From: a virus
Taxonomy: Duplodnaviria; Caudoviricetes
Length of the DNA: 32,615 nt
Strand: one strand, 5' to 3'
Virus record (IMG/VR): IMGVR_UViG_3300044956_001053
Location: 1 to 32,615 of that record
Under the pieces are notes generated by a model. The model saw nothing but the letters and a program-made list of their open reading frames with translations. It searched no databases and was not told where the DNA came from. The stretch's first letter is position 1, and every line of letters begins with the position of its first letter. This document shows positions 1 through 7,272 of the stretch, piece after piece. Position numbers and translations under genes: made by a program.

Positions 1-5
1 CGACC

Positions 6-551
6 GTGGACTACCAGAGCGCCAAGGGGCGCACGTTCTACAAGCACGCGTCGCTCGCGGGCATCATGGACGCGATCACCCAGCCGCTCACGGCGCACGG
101 CTTCTCGCTCGCGTGGGTCCCGTCTACCGGCGAGCGCGGAGGCGTGCGCGTGACGTGCCGCCTGACGCACCAGGACGGCCACCACGAGGAGTGCGCGCTC
201 GAGGCCGGCGCCGACACGAGCGGCAGCAAGAGCGCGCCGCAGGCCATCGCGAGCACGATCACGCTGCTGTCCAGGTACACGGCGCTCGCGCTACTCGGCA
301 TCGCTACGGCCGACATGCCCGAGGACGGCGCGACCGTGCAAGACGCGCCGAAGGACGCGATCGACGCGGATCGGAACATGCGCGCGATGCGCTGGCTCGC
401 AGACCGCAAGATCTCGCGTGAGGCGGCCGAGTCGCACGTTGGGAGGCCGATCAGCGCCTGGACGGCTGACGACCTCGCGCGCCTCCGCGCCTACGGCGAA
501 GAGGTGGGCCGCGCCGAGGCCATCGCCCGAGGCGAGGACCCGGACGCCTGA
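6..551 (+). CDS. ERF-family single-strand annealing protein (probably 5'-truncated by window edge)
   Basis: YKHASLAGIMDAITQPLTAHGFSLAW...VRVTCRLTH..GH...QAIASTITLLSRYTALALLGIAT follows the ERF family pattern; typical phage early gene. Confidence 0.8.
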   Translation: MDYQSAKGRTFYKHASLAGIMDAITQPLTAHGFSLAWVPSTGERGGVRVTCRLTHQDGHHEECALEAGADTSGSKSAPQAIASTITLLSRYTALALLGIATADMPEDGATVQDAPKDAIDADRNMRAMRWLADRKISREAAESHVGRPISAWTADDLARLRAYGEEVGRAEAIARGEDPDA

Positions 552-555
552 TCAC

Positions 556-718
556 GCTCGGATGACCCGAGCAGGTCGGCGCGCGGCACCACGACACGCC
601 CGTCGTGCGTGCTGCGCGTCGGCCGACCCTACCCCCACAGCGGGCGCGTCGGCGGGCCTCCCTCGCCACATCCACCGACGACGCGCTGGAGCTTTCCGTT
701 CGATTCGGTGCGTGGGGA
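556..718 (+). ncRNA. Candidate structured RNA in the ERF-ParB intergenic region
   Basis: Hairpin 556-572; 13-bp stem 577-589/609-621 with two G-U pairs plus inner stem 590-595/602-607; element 633-718 closed by CCCCAC/GTGGGG with a ccgTTCGATTcgg T-loop-like arm. Confidence 0.4.
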
Positions 719-738
719 TTCCGGCGAAGGAGAAGACC

Positions 739-2511
739 GTGAAGACGACGCTGAGAGACATCGCGATCGAGGAGATCGCCGAGAGCCCCCACAACCCCAG
801 ACGCGTCTACGACGAGGCCGCGCTCGAGGAGCTGGCGGACTCGATCCGCGAGCAGGGCGTCCTCGAGCCGCTGCTCGTGCGACCGCGCGCGCAGGATCCG
901 CGCCCGCCCGGCGTGTTCTTCCCGTTCGAGCTCGTCGCGGGACACCGCCGCCTGCGCGGCGCGCGCAAGGCAGGCCTCCGCGAGGTGCCGTGCATCGTGC
1001 GCGAGCTCGACGACGCCCAGGCCCTCGAGGCCGCCCTCGTCGAGAACGGCCACCGCGAGGACGTGACGCCGCTCGACGAGGCGACCGCGTTCGCGCGCCT
1101 CATGGAGCTCGGCCGCGAGGTCCACAACATCGCGGACCGGATCGGCCGCACGCCGGGCTACGTGCGGTCGCGTCTCCGACTCCTCGAGCTCGTGCCCGAG
1201 GTGCGCTCGCTCCTGGAGTCGGGCCGCATCCACGTGGGCTCGGCGCTGCTCCTTGCCCAGGTGCACGAGAAGCAACAGCGCGAGCTCGCCGAGCGCATCG
1301 CGAAGGGCGTCTACCGGCCGCGGAAGGCCGTCGACGACCCGTGGTCGAGCACGGACGTCTCGGCGCTCCTGCGCGACACACAGCGTCGCGTCTCGCTCGC
1401 CGTATGGTCGCTCGACGACGAGAACCTCGTGCCGTCCGCGGGCCCGTGCACGACGTGCCCGCGCCGGAGCGGTAGCCAGCGCGCGCTGCTCGCCGAGATG
1501 GAGGGCGAGGACCAGTGCCTCGACGCCGAGTGCTGGTCGACCAAGGCGCGCGCGGCCGTCGACGCAGCGCAGAAGCGCGGCGCGCTCGTGCTCGCGGGCC
1601 CTCTCTTCGACCGAGCGCTCGACACGGGCGCGTTCTTCGACCTCGACAGCGACGTCGACGACCAGGACTTCGAGGACGTGCTCGAGGACGTGGCCCACGC
1701 CGAGACGTGGCGCGAGGCGCTCACGCGGGTCGGCGAGGAGCCCTCCGAGTGGACGCTCGCGGTCGACCATCACGGCGACGTTGGGCGGCTGGTGAGCGCG
1801 GCGCACCTTGCAGACCTCGTCGAGGACCACTGGCCGGAGGCCGCGCGCGTGCTCCACCTGCGAGAGCGTGCGTGGAGCCAGCGCGAGGAGGAGGAGCCTG
1901 CTCGCGCGACGGCTCCGAACGCGCCCTCGGCGAAGGCCGTGGAGGACGATGGGGCGCGCGAGAAGCAAGAGGCCGAGCGCCAGGCGCAGCGCGAGAAGCA
2001 AGCGCGCGAGGAACGCGCGCGGAGGGCAGCCGCGGACGACCTCGCCGCCGCGATCGTCGCCGCCACCACCGACGAGCGCACGACCGTGGACGTGTGGCGC
2101 GCGATCGTGCGTGTCGCGATTGCGCGCGCCGACCCCGCGCACCTCCAGGCAATCAAGCTCAGGCGCGAGCTGATGGACACAGATCACGCGCGCGCTCTCG
2201 CGACGTGGGTCATCGCCACCGAGTCGACGGCCGACCTCCGCGGGCTGCTCTTCGAGATCGTCGCCACACCCGCGCTCCGGTCGCAGTGGCTCTTCGAGGA
2301 ACACCCATCACAGCAGCACGGACCGCTCGGGATCGATCGGCTGCTCGACGCCATCGGCACGAACCCTGGTCAGGTGCTGGCCCGCGCGCGGAAGCGGATT
2401 GCCGACGAGGAGCGCGCGGCCGAGAAGGCCGCCGTGAAGGCGAAGGCCAGCGAGGCGAAGAAGGCGACGAAGAAGGCCCGCGCGGCCCGCGAGGTGCGCG
2501 ATGGGGCGTGA
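739..2511 (+). CDS. ParB/RepB/Spo0J-family protein (PRTRC ParB-like, with Cys cluster)
   Basis: GTG at 739 after AAGGAG; NPRR, GVLEPLLVR, ELVAGHRRLR, ENGHREDVTPLDEA and HTH; CTTCPRRSG...CLDAECW; Lys/Ala-rich tail. Confidence 0.85.
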   Translation: MKTTLRDIAIEEIAESPHNPRRVYDEAALEELADSIREQGVLEPLLVRPRAQDPRPPGVFFPFELVAGHRRLRGARKAGLREVPCIVRELDDAQALEAALVENGHREDVTPLDEATAFARLMELGREVHNIADRIGRTPGYVRSRLRLLELVPEVRSLLESGRIHVGSALLLAQVHEKQQRELAERIAKGVYRPRKAVDDPWSSTDVSALLRDTQRRVSLAVWSLDDENLVPSAGPCTTCPRRSGSQRALLAEMEGEDQCLDAECWSTKARAAVDAAQKRGALVLAGPLFDRALDTGAFFDLDSDVDDQDFEDVLEDVAHAETWREALTRVGEEPSEWTLAVDHHGDVGRLVSAAHLADLVEDHWPEAARVLHLRERAWSQREEEEPARATAPNAPSAKAVEDDGAREKQEAERQAQREKQAREERARRAAADDLAAAIVAATTDERTTVDVWRAIVRVAIARADPAHLQAIKLRRELMDTDHARALATWVIATESTADLRGLLFEIVATPALRSQWLFEEHPSQQHGPLGIDRLLDAIGTNPGQVLARARKRIADEERAAEKAAVKAKASEAKKATKKARAAREVRDGA

Positions 2512-2529
2512 GTGGCCGGAGGTGACGCG

Positions 2530-3345
2530 ATGACCGCCGACGATCTCCGCGAGCTCGCGGTCCGCACCGCTCGCGCATGCAGCGAACGCATGGCGCGCAC
2601 CGCACGACGTGACGACGAGGCGCGCCGCGCTCACGCCGCGCTGCTCGCGCGAGTCGATGAGGCCGAGCGCGAGGCGCGTGACATGCGCGAGGACACGGCG
2701 CGGCTGGCGGCGCTGCAAGCGTGCGTGATGCGCATCGACGCCGCGATCATCGAGCACGACGGCGACGAGGCCAGGTACGAGCCGTCGCTGACGTGGCTTG
2801 CTGCGCGCGTCGAGCAGGCGTTGCGCGAGGCGCGCGCGGAGATCGCTGCGCGCACGTCGGAGCGCGACGAGGTTCGCGGCAAGCTTGCCGACCTGGAGCG
2901 TGAGCACGCAGATCGCGACGATGGCGACGAGGTCGCCGACGATGAGATCGCAGCGCGCACGCAGGAGCGTGACGAGGCGCGCGCCGATGCGGAATCGTGG
3001 CGCGCTCAGTGCGATGACGCTCGCGAGGACGCGCTACGCTACGGGCGCGAGCGCGACACGCTCGCGGCAGCGCTCGCGGAGTTGCGGGAGGTTTGTCGGA
3101 ACTACGACCGATCGCTCGCGCTCACGCGGTGGCATGACCCGGAGCCGCGTATTGCGTGGGAACGCGCGCTCGCCGCGGACCCCGAAGACCTCGCGGCAGC
3201 GCACGATCGCGAGGTGGAGGCGAGGGCGCTCGAGGAGGCGGCGCGAGACGCTGACGACCCGCGCGCATGCGCGCCGATCCCAGGGTACCGCCAGTGGGCC
3301 GACTGGCTCCGCGGTCGCGCGGCAGAGAAGCGGGGTGCGCGATGA
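2530..3345 (+). CDS. Coiled-coil hypothetical protein with ERDE-type repeats
   Basis: GGAGG RBS before ATG 2530; E/R/A-rich heptads; ATGA coupling to the next gene. Confidence 0.7.
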   Translation: MTADDLRELAVRTARACSERMARTARRDDEARRAHAALLARVDEAEREARDMREDTARLAALQACVMRIDAAIIEHDGDEARYEPSLTWLAARVEQALREARAEIAARTSERDEVRGKLADLEREHADRDDGDEVADDEIAARTQERDEARADAESWRAQCDDAREDALRYGRERDTLAAALAELREVCRNYDRSLALTRWHDPEPRIAWERALAADPEDLAAAHDREVEARALEEAARDADDPRACAPIPGYRQWADWLRGRAAEKRGAR

Positions 3346-3551
3346 CGCGCGACGATCTCGCGGACGGTGACGCGTGTACCAACATCGCCGGCGCCGTGCG
3401 CGCGCTGTCTGTGATCGCCACGTGCGGTGAGTGTGGGTGGTGCGAGGCAGAGCGGTCTAGCGGGATCTGGTGCGAGAGAGACCCGCGATCGCGCGCTGTG
3501 GAGCGCGACGCCGAGCCGCCCGAGTGGTGCCCGCTGCGAGGCAAGCCGTGA
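3342..3551 (+). CDS. Small Cys-rich (putative Zn-binding) phage protein
   Basis: ATGA/GTGA overlaps at both ends; CGECGWC...C...PEWCPL. Confidence 0.7.
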   Translation: MTRDDLADGDACTNIAGAVRALSVIATCGECGWCEAERSSGIWCERDPRSRAVERDAEPPEWCPLRGKP

Positions 3552-4003
3552 CCGAGCCCGCGCGCACGTCACCGTACCTCACGACTGAGGAGGCCGCGGC
3601 CTACCTGCGGTATCGCTCGGCGTCGGGTGTGCGGAAGGCCATCGCGCGCGGTCTGCTCGTGCCCGACGGGCGTGGGCCTCACGGCATCGCGCTGTTCCGA
3701 CCTGCCACGCTTGACGCGTTCATCTCGACGAGGGCCCGTCTCCATGACCATGCAGCGAACGAAGCACCCCGGCGTCTACAGGCTGCCCGACGGACGCTTC
3801 CGCACGATCAGCGCCTTCCGCGACCCGCGCACGGGCCTACGGAAGCGGAAGGTGGACACGTGGTCGACGGCGGACGCGCCGACGCCAGCCCACGCGGCGA
3901 CGCTGCGCCTGCGCGCGCTCGAGCTCGAGCTGGCCGGACTGCGGCCACAACGGATGCGGCTGAGCGAGTACGCCGCCTCATGGCTGACGCGAAAGGGCGC
4001 TGA
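3548..4003 (+). CDS. xis: Excisionase-like HTH (HTH_17/MerR-like) protein; C-terminal tail overlaps int
   Basis: YLTTEEAAAYLRY.S..GVRKAIARG...LFRPATLDAFI; directly upstream of the integrase. Confidence 0.7.
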   Translation: MTEPARTSPYLTTEEAAAYLRYRSASGVRKAIARGLLVPDGRGPHGIALFRPATLDAFISTRARLHDHAANEAPRRLQAARRTLPHDQRLPRPAHGPTEAEGGHVVDGGRADASPRGDAAPARARARAGRTAATTDAAERVRRLMADAKGR

Positions 4004-4850
4004 GCTCGCGCCGAGCACCGTGGATCGGTACGGGCGCACGATCCTCCTGCACATCCTCCCGAGGCTCGGCGACCTCTTCCTCGATGCGCTCCAGCCCGTC
4101 GACATCGTGACGTGGCGCGACACGATCGCGAAGGTCTCCGCGCCCGCGACGACGAACAGCCATCTCCGCGTGCTGCGAGAGATCCTCGCCGACGCTGCGG
4201 CCGAGCTGCAGCTCCCGAATCCGGCCGCGCGCGTGCGTCAGGTCGCGGAGTTGCCGCGGTCCGACGGCAAGGCTCTCTCAGCCGACGAGCTCGGGCGCGT
4301 GCTCCTCGCGATGCGCGAACTCGACCTGGGCGTCTACGCGATGCTGCTGACGCTCGCGCTCACGGGAATGCGCTGGAGCGAGGCGAGCGCACTGCAGTGG
4401 CACGACCTCGGCGAGACAGAGATCCGGATCCGGCGCTCGCAGTGGCGGGGGCGCGCGCGCGACATCACGAAGAGCAAGCGGTCGCGCACCGTGCCGTGCG
4501 TGCCGGAACTCCGCGCCATCCTCGAGCAGCACCGTGCCCGCGAGATGCGCCGCCGCTCGGTCGCATGCCAGCTCGTGTGGTGCACCGAGGCGAGTAAGCC
4601 GCGCTCGCGCACCTGGGCGAGCAAGGCCCTCCAGCGCGCGATCGTGGCGGCCGAGGTGCGTCGGGTGACGCCGCACGGGCTTCGGCACACGTGGAACGAC
4701 CTCCTGCGGAGGGTCACGTCGACAGACGTACAGAAGGCCATCACCGGGCACGTCACCGAGGCGATGCGCGAGCACTACTCGCACGTCGACGCGGACGAGA
4801 AGGCAGCCGCGGCGCTTGGCGCGCTGCGGCTGGTGAAGGGCGGCGCGTGA
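3744..4850 (+). CDS. int: Tyrosine integrase
   Basis: Catalytic R (GMRWSEA), K (TKSKR), HGLRH, GH and Y (EHYSH); N-terminal arm-binding-like PGVYRLPDGRF; start may be 3744 or 3750. Confidence 0.95.
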   Translation: MTMQRTKHPGVYRLPDGRFRTISAFRDPRTGLRKRKVDTWSTADAPTPAHAATLRLRALELELAGLRPQRMRLSEYAASWLTRKGAELAPSTVDRYGRTILLHILPRLGDLFLDALQPVDIVTWRDTIAKVSAPATTNSHLRVLREILADAAAELQLPNPAARVRQVAELPRSDGKALSADELGRVLLAMRELDLGVYAMLLTLALTGMRWSEASALQWHDLGETEIRIRRSQWRGRARDITKSKRSRTVPCVPELRAILEQHRAREMRRRSVACQLVWCTEASKPRSRTWASKALQRAIVAAEVRRVTPHGLRHTWNDLLRRVTSTDVQKAITGHVTEAMREHYSHVDADEKAAAALGALRLVKGGA

Positions 4851-4860
4851 TGGGCGGTGC

Positions 4861-4882
4861 TGTGGCTTTTCCTGTGGCTTTC
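4861..4882 (+). repeat. Integrase arm-type site pair (left arm of attP)
   Basis: TGTGGCTTT at 4861 and 4873, 12-bp period. Confidence 0.7.
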
Positions 4883-4972
4883 TTTGTCTCGGATGGCCCC
4901 GCGCGGTCCCGCGGTGACGCGCGATCGTCGAGGAAAACGCGCGAAACCCTGATCGGCCGCACAGTGCGGGCT

Positions 4973-5017
4973 ACCTTGCCAAGGTTGAAGTCGAGGGTTC
5001 GAATCCCTTGTCCCGCT
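4973..5017 (+). mobile_element. attP: attP core: 3' half of tRNA-Gly(GCC)
   Basis: ACC-TTGCCAA-GGT anticodon arm, TGAAGTC, GAGGG-TTCGAAT-CCCTT T arm, GTCCCGCT acceptor 3' strand; no D arm; about 120 bp downstream of int. Confidence 0.88.
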
Positions 5018-5047
5018 TGGTCGATCGCGCGCCCGTCGCCCTCTAGC

Positions 5048-5070
5048 TGTGGCCCAAAATGTGGCCTTTC
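5048..5070 (+). repeat. Integrase arm-type site pair (right arm of attP)
   Basis: TGTGGCC at 5048 and 5060, same orientation and 12-bp period as the left pair. Confidence 0.7.
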
Positions 5071-5097
5071 GCAGAGGGCCGCCGAGGAGGCCGCGGG

Positions 5098-5400
5098 ATG
5101 ACTGCCGACCCCTTCGCGCTCGAGCTCACGCGCGCCGCACGCGCCGAGCTCTTCGAGTCCGCCCGCCACGCTGCGCGCCACGGCACCGCGCCAGACGCGT
5201 GGCTCGTGCACCACGCTGCACAGTGGGCGCTCGACGCGGTGACGCAGCGCGAGGTGGACGCGGTGATCGCGTACGTGTGGCGCTCAGCACCGCCCGACGC
5301 TCACGAGCACGAGTCGCCCGCCGAGGAGCCACGCGGCACCGCTGGCGTCGACGAGGAGCCCGCAGCGGGCGCGAGGCCACCACAGATGCACGAGACGTGA
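5098..5400 (+). CDS. Hypothetical protein adjacent to attP
   Basis: GAGGAGG upstream of ATG 5098; helical N-terminal part with a low-complexity tail. Confidence 0.55.
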   Translation: MTADPFALELTRAARAELFESARHAARHGTAPDAWLVHHAAQWALDAVTQREVDAVIAYVWRSAPPDAHEHESPAEEPRGTAGVDEEPAAGARPPQMHET

Positions 5401-5516
5401 GCACGATAGGTCGGTCATGCGCGCGGTATCGGCCGACATCGACGGCTGGTGCTACCCTCACCGTCGCTGACGCACCGCCCGCGCGTGATCTCCTCGCGCG
5501 GGCACGCGGCAGCCAC

Positions 5517-5554
5517 GCTCCCGGCCGGTCCATCGGCGCGGGAGCATCTTTTTT
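5517..5554 (+). terminator. Intrinsic terminator
   Basis: GCTCCCG-GCCG/CGGC-G-CGGGAGC stem followed by ATCTTTTTT. Confidence 0.65.
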
Positions 5555-5582
5555 CGCCGTGTTTTGTTGGCGATCGTGAAAA

Positions 5583-5626
5583 TTGACATGGCAGCCCTTG
5601 CGTCATACACCGTGGGGATGTATATC
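5583..5626 (+). promoter_or_regulatory. Sigma70-type promoter region with overlapping inverted repeat
   Basis: TTGACA 5583 -17- TACACC 5606 and TTGCGT 5598 -17- TATATC 5621; ATACA-N9-TGTAT palindrome 5605-5623; locally AT-rich. Confidence 0.55.
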
Positions 5627-5674
5627 TAGGCAGTCGACGGGATGGACCCCGGCGACGAAACGGGAGACAGAGAC

Positions 5675-5962
5675 ATGACGACCACGACCCGCATCTACAC
5701 CGTCACCATCCGCCAGTGCTACGGCTCGCACGAGGAGCGCGAGGTTCGCGTCCGCGCCGCTGACGAGTCCGAGGCGATGGGCCGAGGCATCGTGAAGGCG
5801 TACGGCGCACGCTGTTCGCTTGCACAGGACAGCGGCCTCCCGCGCGGCTACGGGCAGATCGTCCGCACGCTGTCCGAGTCCGATCGCCGCCGCCGCGCGA
5901 GCGGCACGACGTGGGCCGCGGACTGCATCACCGGTCGCGTCCGCGTGACCGTCGAGGCCTGA
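5675..5962 (+). CDS. Small hypothetical protein
   Basis: GGGAGA RBS; first gene after the promoter; beta-strand-like IYTVTIR and VRVTVEA segments. Confidence 0.7.
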   Translation: MTTTTRIYTVTIRQCYGSHEEREVRVRAADESEAMGRGIVKAYGARCSLAQDSGLPRGYGQIVRTLSESDRRRRASGTTWAADCITGRVRVTVEA

Positions 5963-6060
5963 TCGCACCACAGCGCCCCGAGAGGATCGGGACCGGCTCG
6001 CTACCGGCAGGGCGCATCACGCGGCGCATGGACGCGCCGCGGAGACAGGAGACCACCCGA

Positions 6061-6495
6061 ATGACCGCCATCCGCGTGCAGGTCACGCTCGACGCCGACG
6101 CCGCGTCGCTTCTCGATGCGCAGCCGCCGCGGACGGGCAGCGCGTACCTCTCGAGGCTCGTGCTCCTGACGCACAGACGCGCGTACCAGGCGCGAGGCTA
6201 CGTCGCGGGCATCATGTCGCGCGAGGAAGCGCAGGCCGCCCTAGCGGCGCTCCTCGGCGCATCGCTCGACCATCCGATGGCGCGCTCCTCGGCAGCGGTC
6301 GCGGGCGAGATGCACGACGCGCTCGAGATCGTGCGCGATCGCGGCCTCGGCGACACGTGGCCCGCGCTCTGCGCGCGCGTCGCAGCCGACCCGCTCGCGG
6401 GCCCGGCGCTCTGCGAGCTCGCGGACGCGTACTGGAGCGGCGAGGCCGCTACCGTCGCAGCGATCGACGCGGGACGTGGGTGGCGGGCGCGGTGA
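6061..6495 (+). CDS. Hypothetical protein with possible N-terminal ribbon-helix-helix
   Basis: AGGAG RBS; IRVQVTLDADAASLLD...SAYLSRLV pattern; GTGA coupling to the next gene. Confidence 0.6.
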   Translation: MTAIRVQVTLDADAASLLDAQPPRTGSAYLSRLVLLTHRRAYQARGYVAGIMSREEAQAALAALLGASLDHPMARSSAAVAGEMHDALEIVRDRGLGDTWPALCARVAADPLAGPALCELADAYWSGEAATVAAIDAGRGWRAR

Positions 6496-6836
6496 GCAGA
6501 CCATCCGATCGCCGCCGCCTGTCGCGCCCAGACCGCCGGATCGTCGCCGCGGTGCGCGGGGCAGCCGAGCGGTGGGAGCGTGACGCGTGGCTCACGGACG
6601 TGCGCGCGAGCCGACCCGGCGATCACATCGTGTCTCGCTGCCTCGCGCTCGTCGCAGCGCTGGCGGAGACGGCGGACGGGATGCGCTCGGTGGAGATCGC
6701 GGAGCAGCTCGGCGTGTCGCGTGCGACGGTCGACCGCGATCTCGAGGCGCTGCGCCGAGCTGGCGTGCTGATCGAGACGGAGATGGCCGTCGAGGACGGC
6801 GTGGCCATGCGGTGGCATCGGCTACCCGGCACGTGA
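6492..6836 (+). CDS. Winged-HTH (HTH_11-like) DNA-binding protein
   Basis: MRSVEIAEQLGVSRATVDRDLEALRRAGVLIE. Confidence 0.8.
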   Translation: MSRPSDRRRLSRPDRRIVAAVRGAAERWERDAWLTDVRASRPGDHIVSRCLALVAALAETADGMRSVEIAEQLGVSRATVDRDLEALRRAGVLIETEMAVEDGVAMRWHRLPGT

Positions 6837-7232
6837 CCGCCACGCCTCGACGATCACGCCGACCTCTGGCACCGGCTCCTCGACGTGCCCCAGCCCGGCA
6901 TCGAGGAGTGCCTCCGCGAGCTCTACGCAGGCCTCGCGGCCCGAGACACCTGGCACCGCGAGCCCGAGCGGACCGAGCGTGAGCGCCTCGTGGCCGGCGT
7001 GCAGCGTCACAGCCCACGAGCCTTCCCGCCAGAGGACGCGGGCGCGCCGGGGGCCGTCGACGGTGCGGATCTTCGTCGCGGTCGCGGCCCCGCACGCGTA
7101 CGCCGCCCACGCCGCGGCGACCTCGCGTGCGTCCGCTCGGGAGTCACGCACCGGCGCGGGGCGCAGGAGCTTCGGGCGGGGCAGCGGCGGGACCGGAGGG
7201 GTGTGGCGAGCGAGCGACGACCAGGCGGTCAT
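6822..7232 (-). CDS. Hypothetical protein, last gene of the late operon
   Basis: ATG 7232; protein-like composition; fills the gap after the lysin. Confidence 0.5.
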   Translation of the reverse strand: MTAWSSLARHTPPVPPLPRPKLLRPAPVRDSRADAREVAAAWAAYACGAATATKIRTVDGPRRARVLWREGSWAVTLHAGHEALTLGPLGLAVPGVSGREACVELAEALLDAGLGHVEEPVPEVGVIVEAWRSRAG

Positions 7233-7272
7233 GTCCGATCGACGGGCGCGGGACCCGCGGACTGACGCGCGC

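Noticed and set aside
633-718. Canonical tRNA gene
   Set aside because: No anticodon stem can be formed in register; kept only as a tRNA-like candidate
418-738. 107-aa N-terminal extension of ParB in the ORF track
   Set aside because: Overlaps ERF and the structured intergenic region; a good RBS and the domain start lie at 739
451-2304. 617-aa minus-strand ORF opposite parB, and similar long antisense ORFs (10550-11839, 17444-18814, 21088-22863, 23952-25292, 28027-29505)
   Set aside because: Shadow frames of high-GC3 genes; no motifs, and the opposite strand carries recognisable proteins
4966-5020. Intact tRNA-Gly gene
   Set aside because: No D arm or complete 5' half; better explained as the att core
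5397-5579. GTG-started ORF coupled to the 5098-5400 gene
   Set aside because: Runs through the hairpin array and terminator; composition is not protein-like
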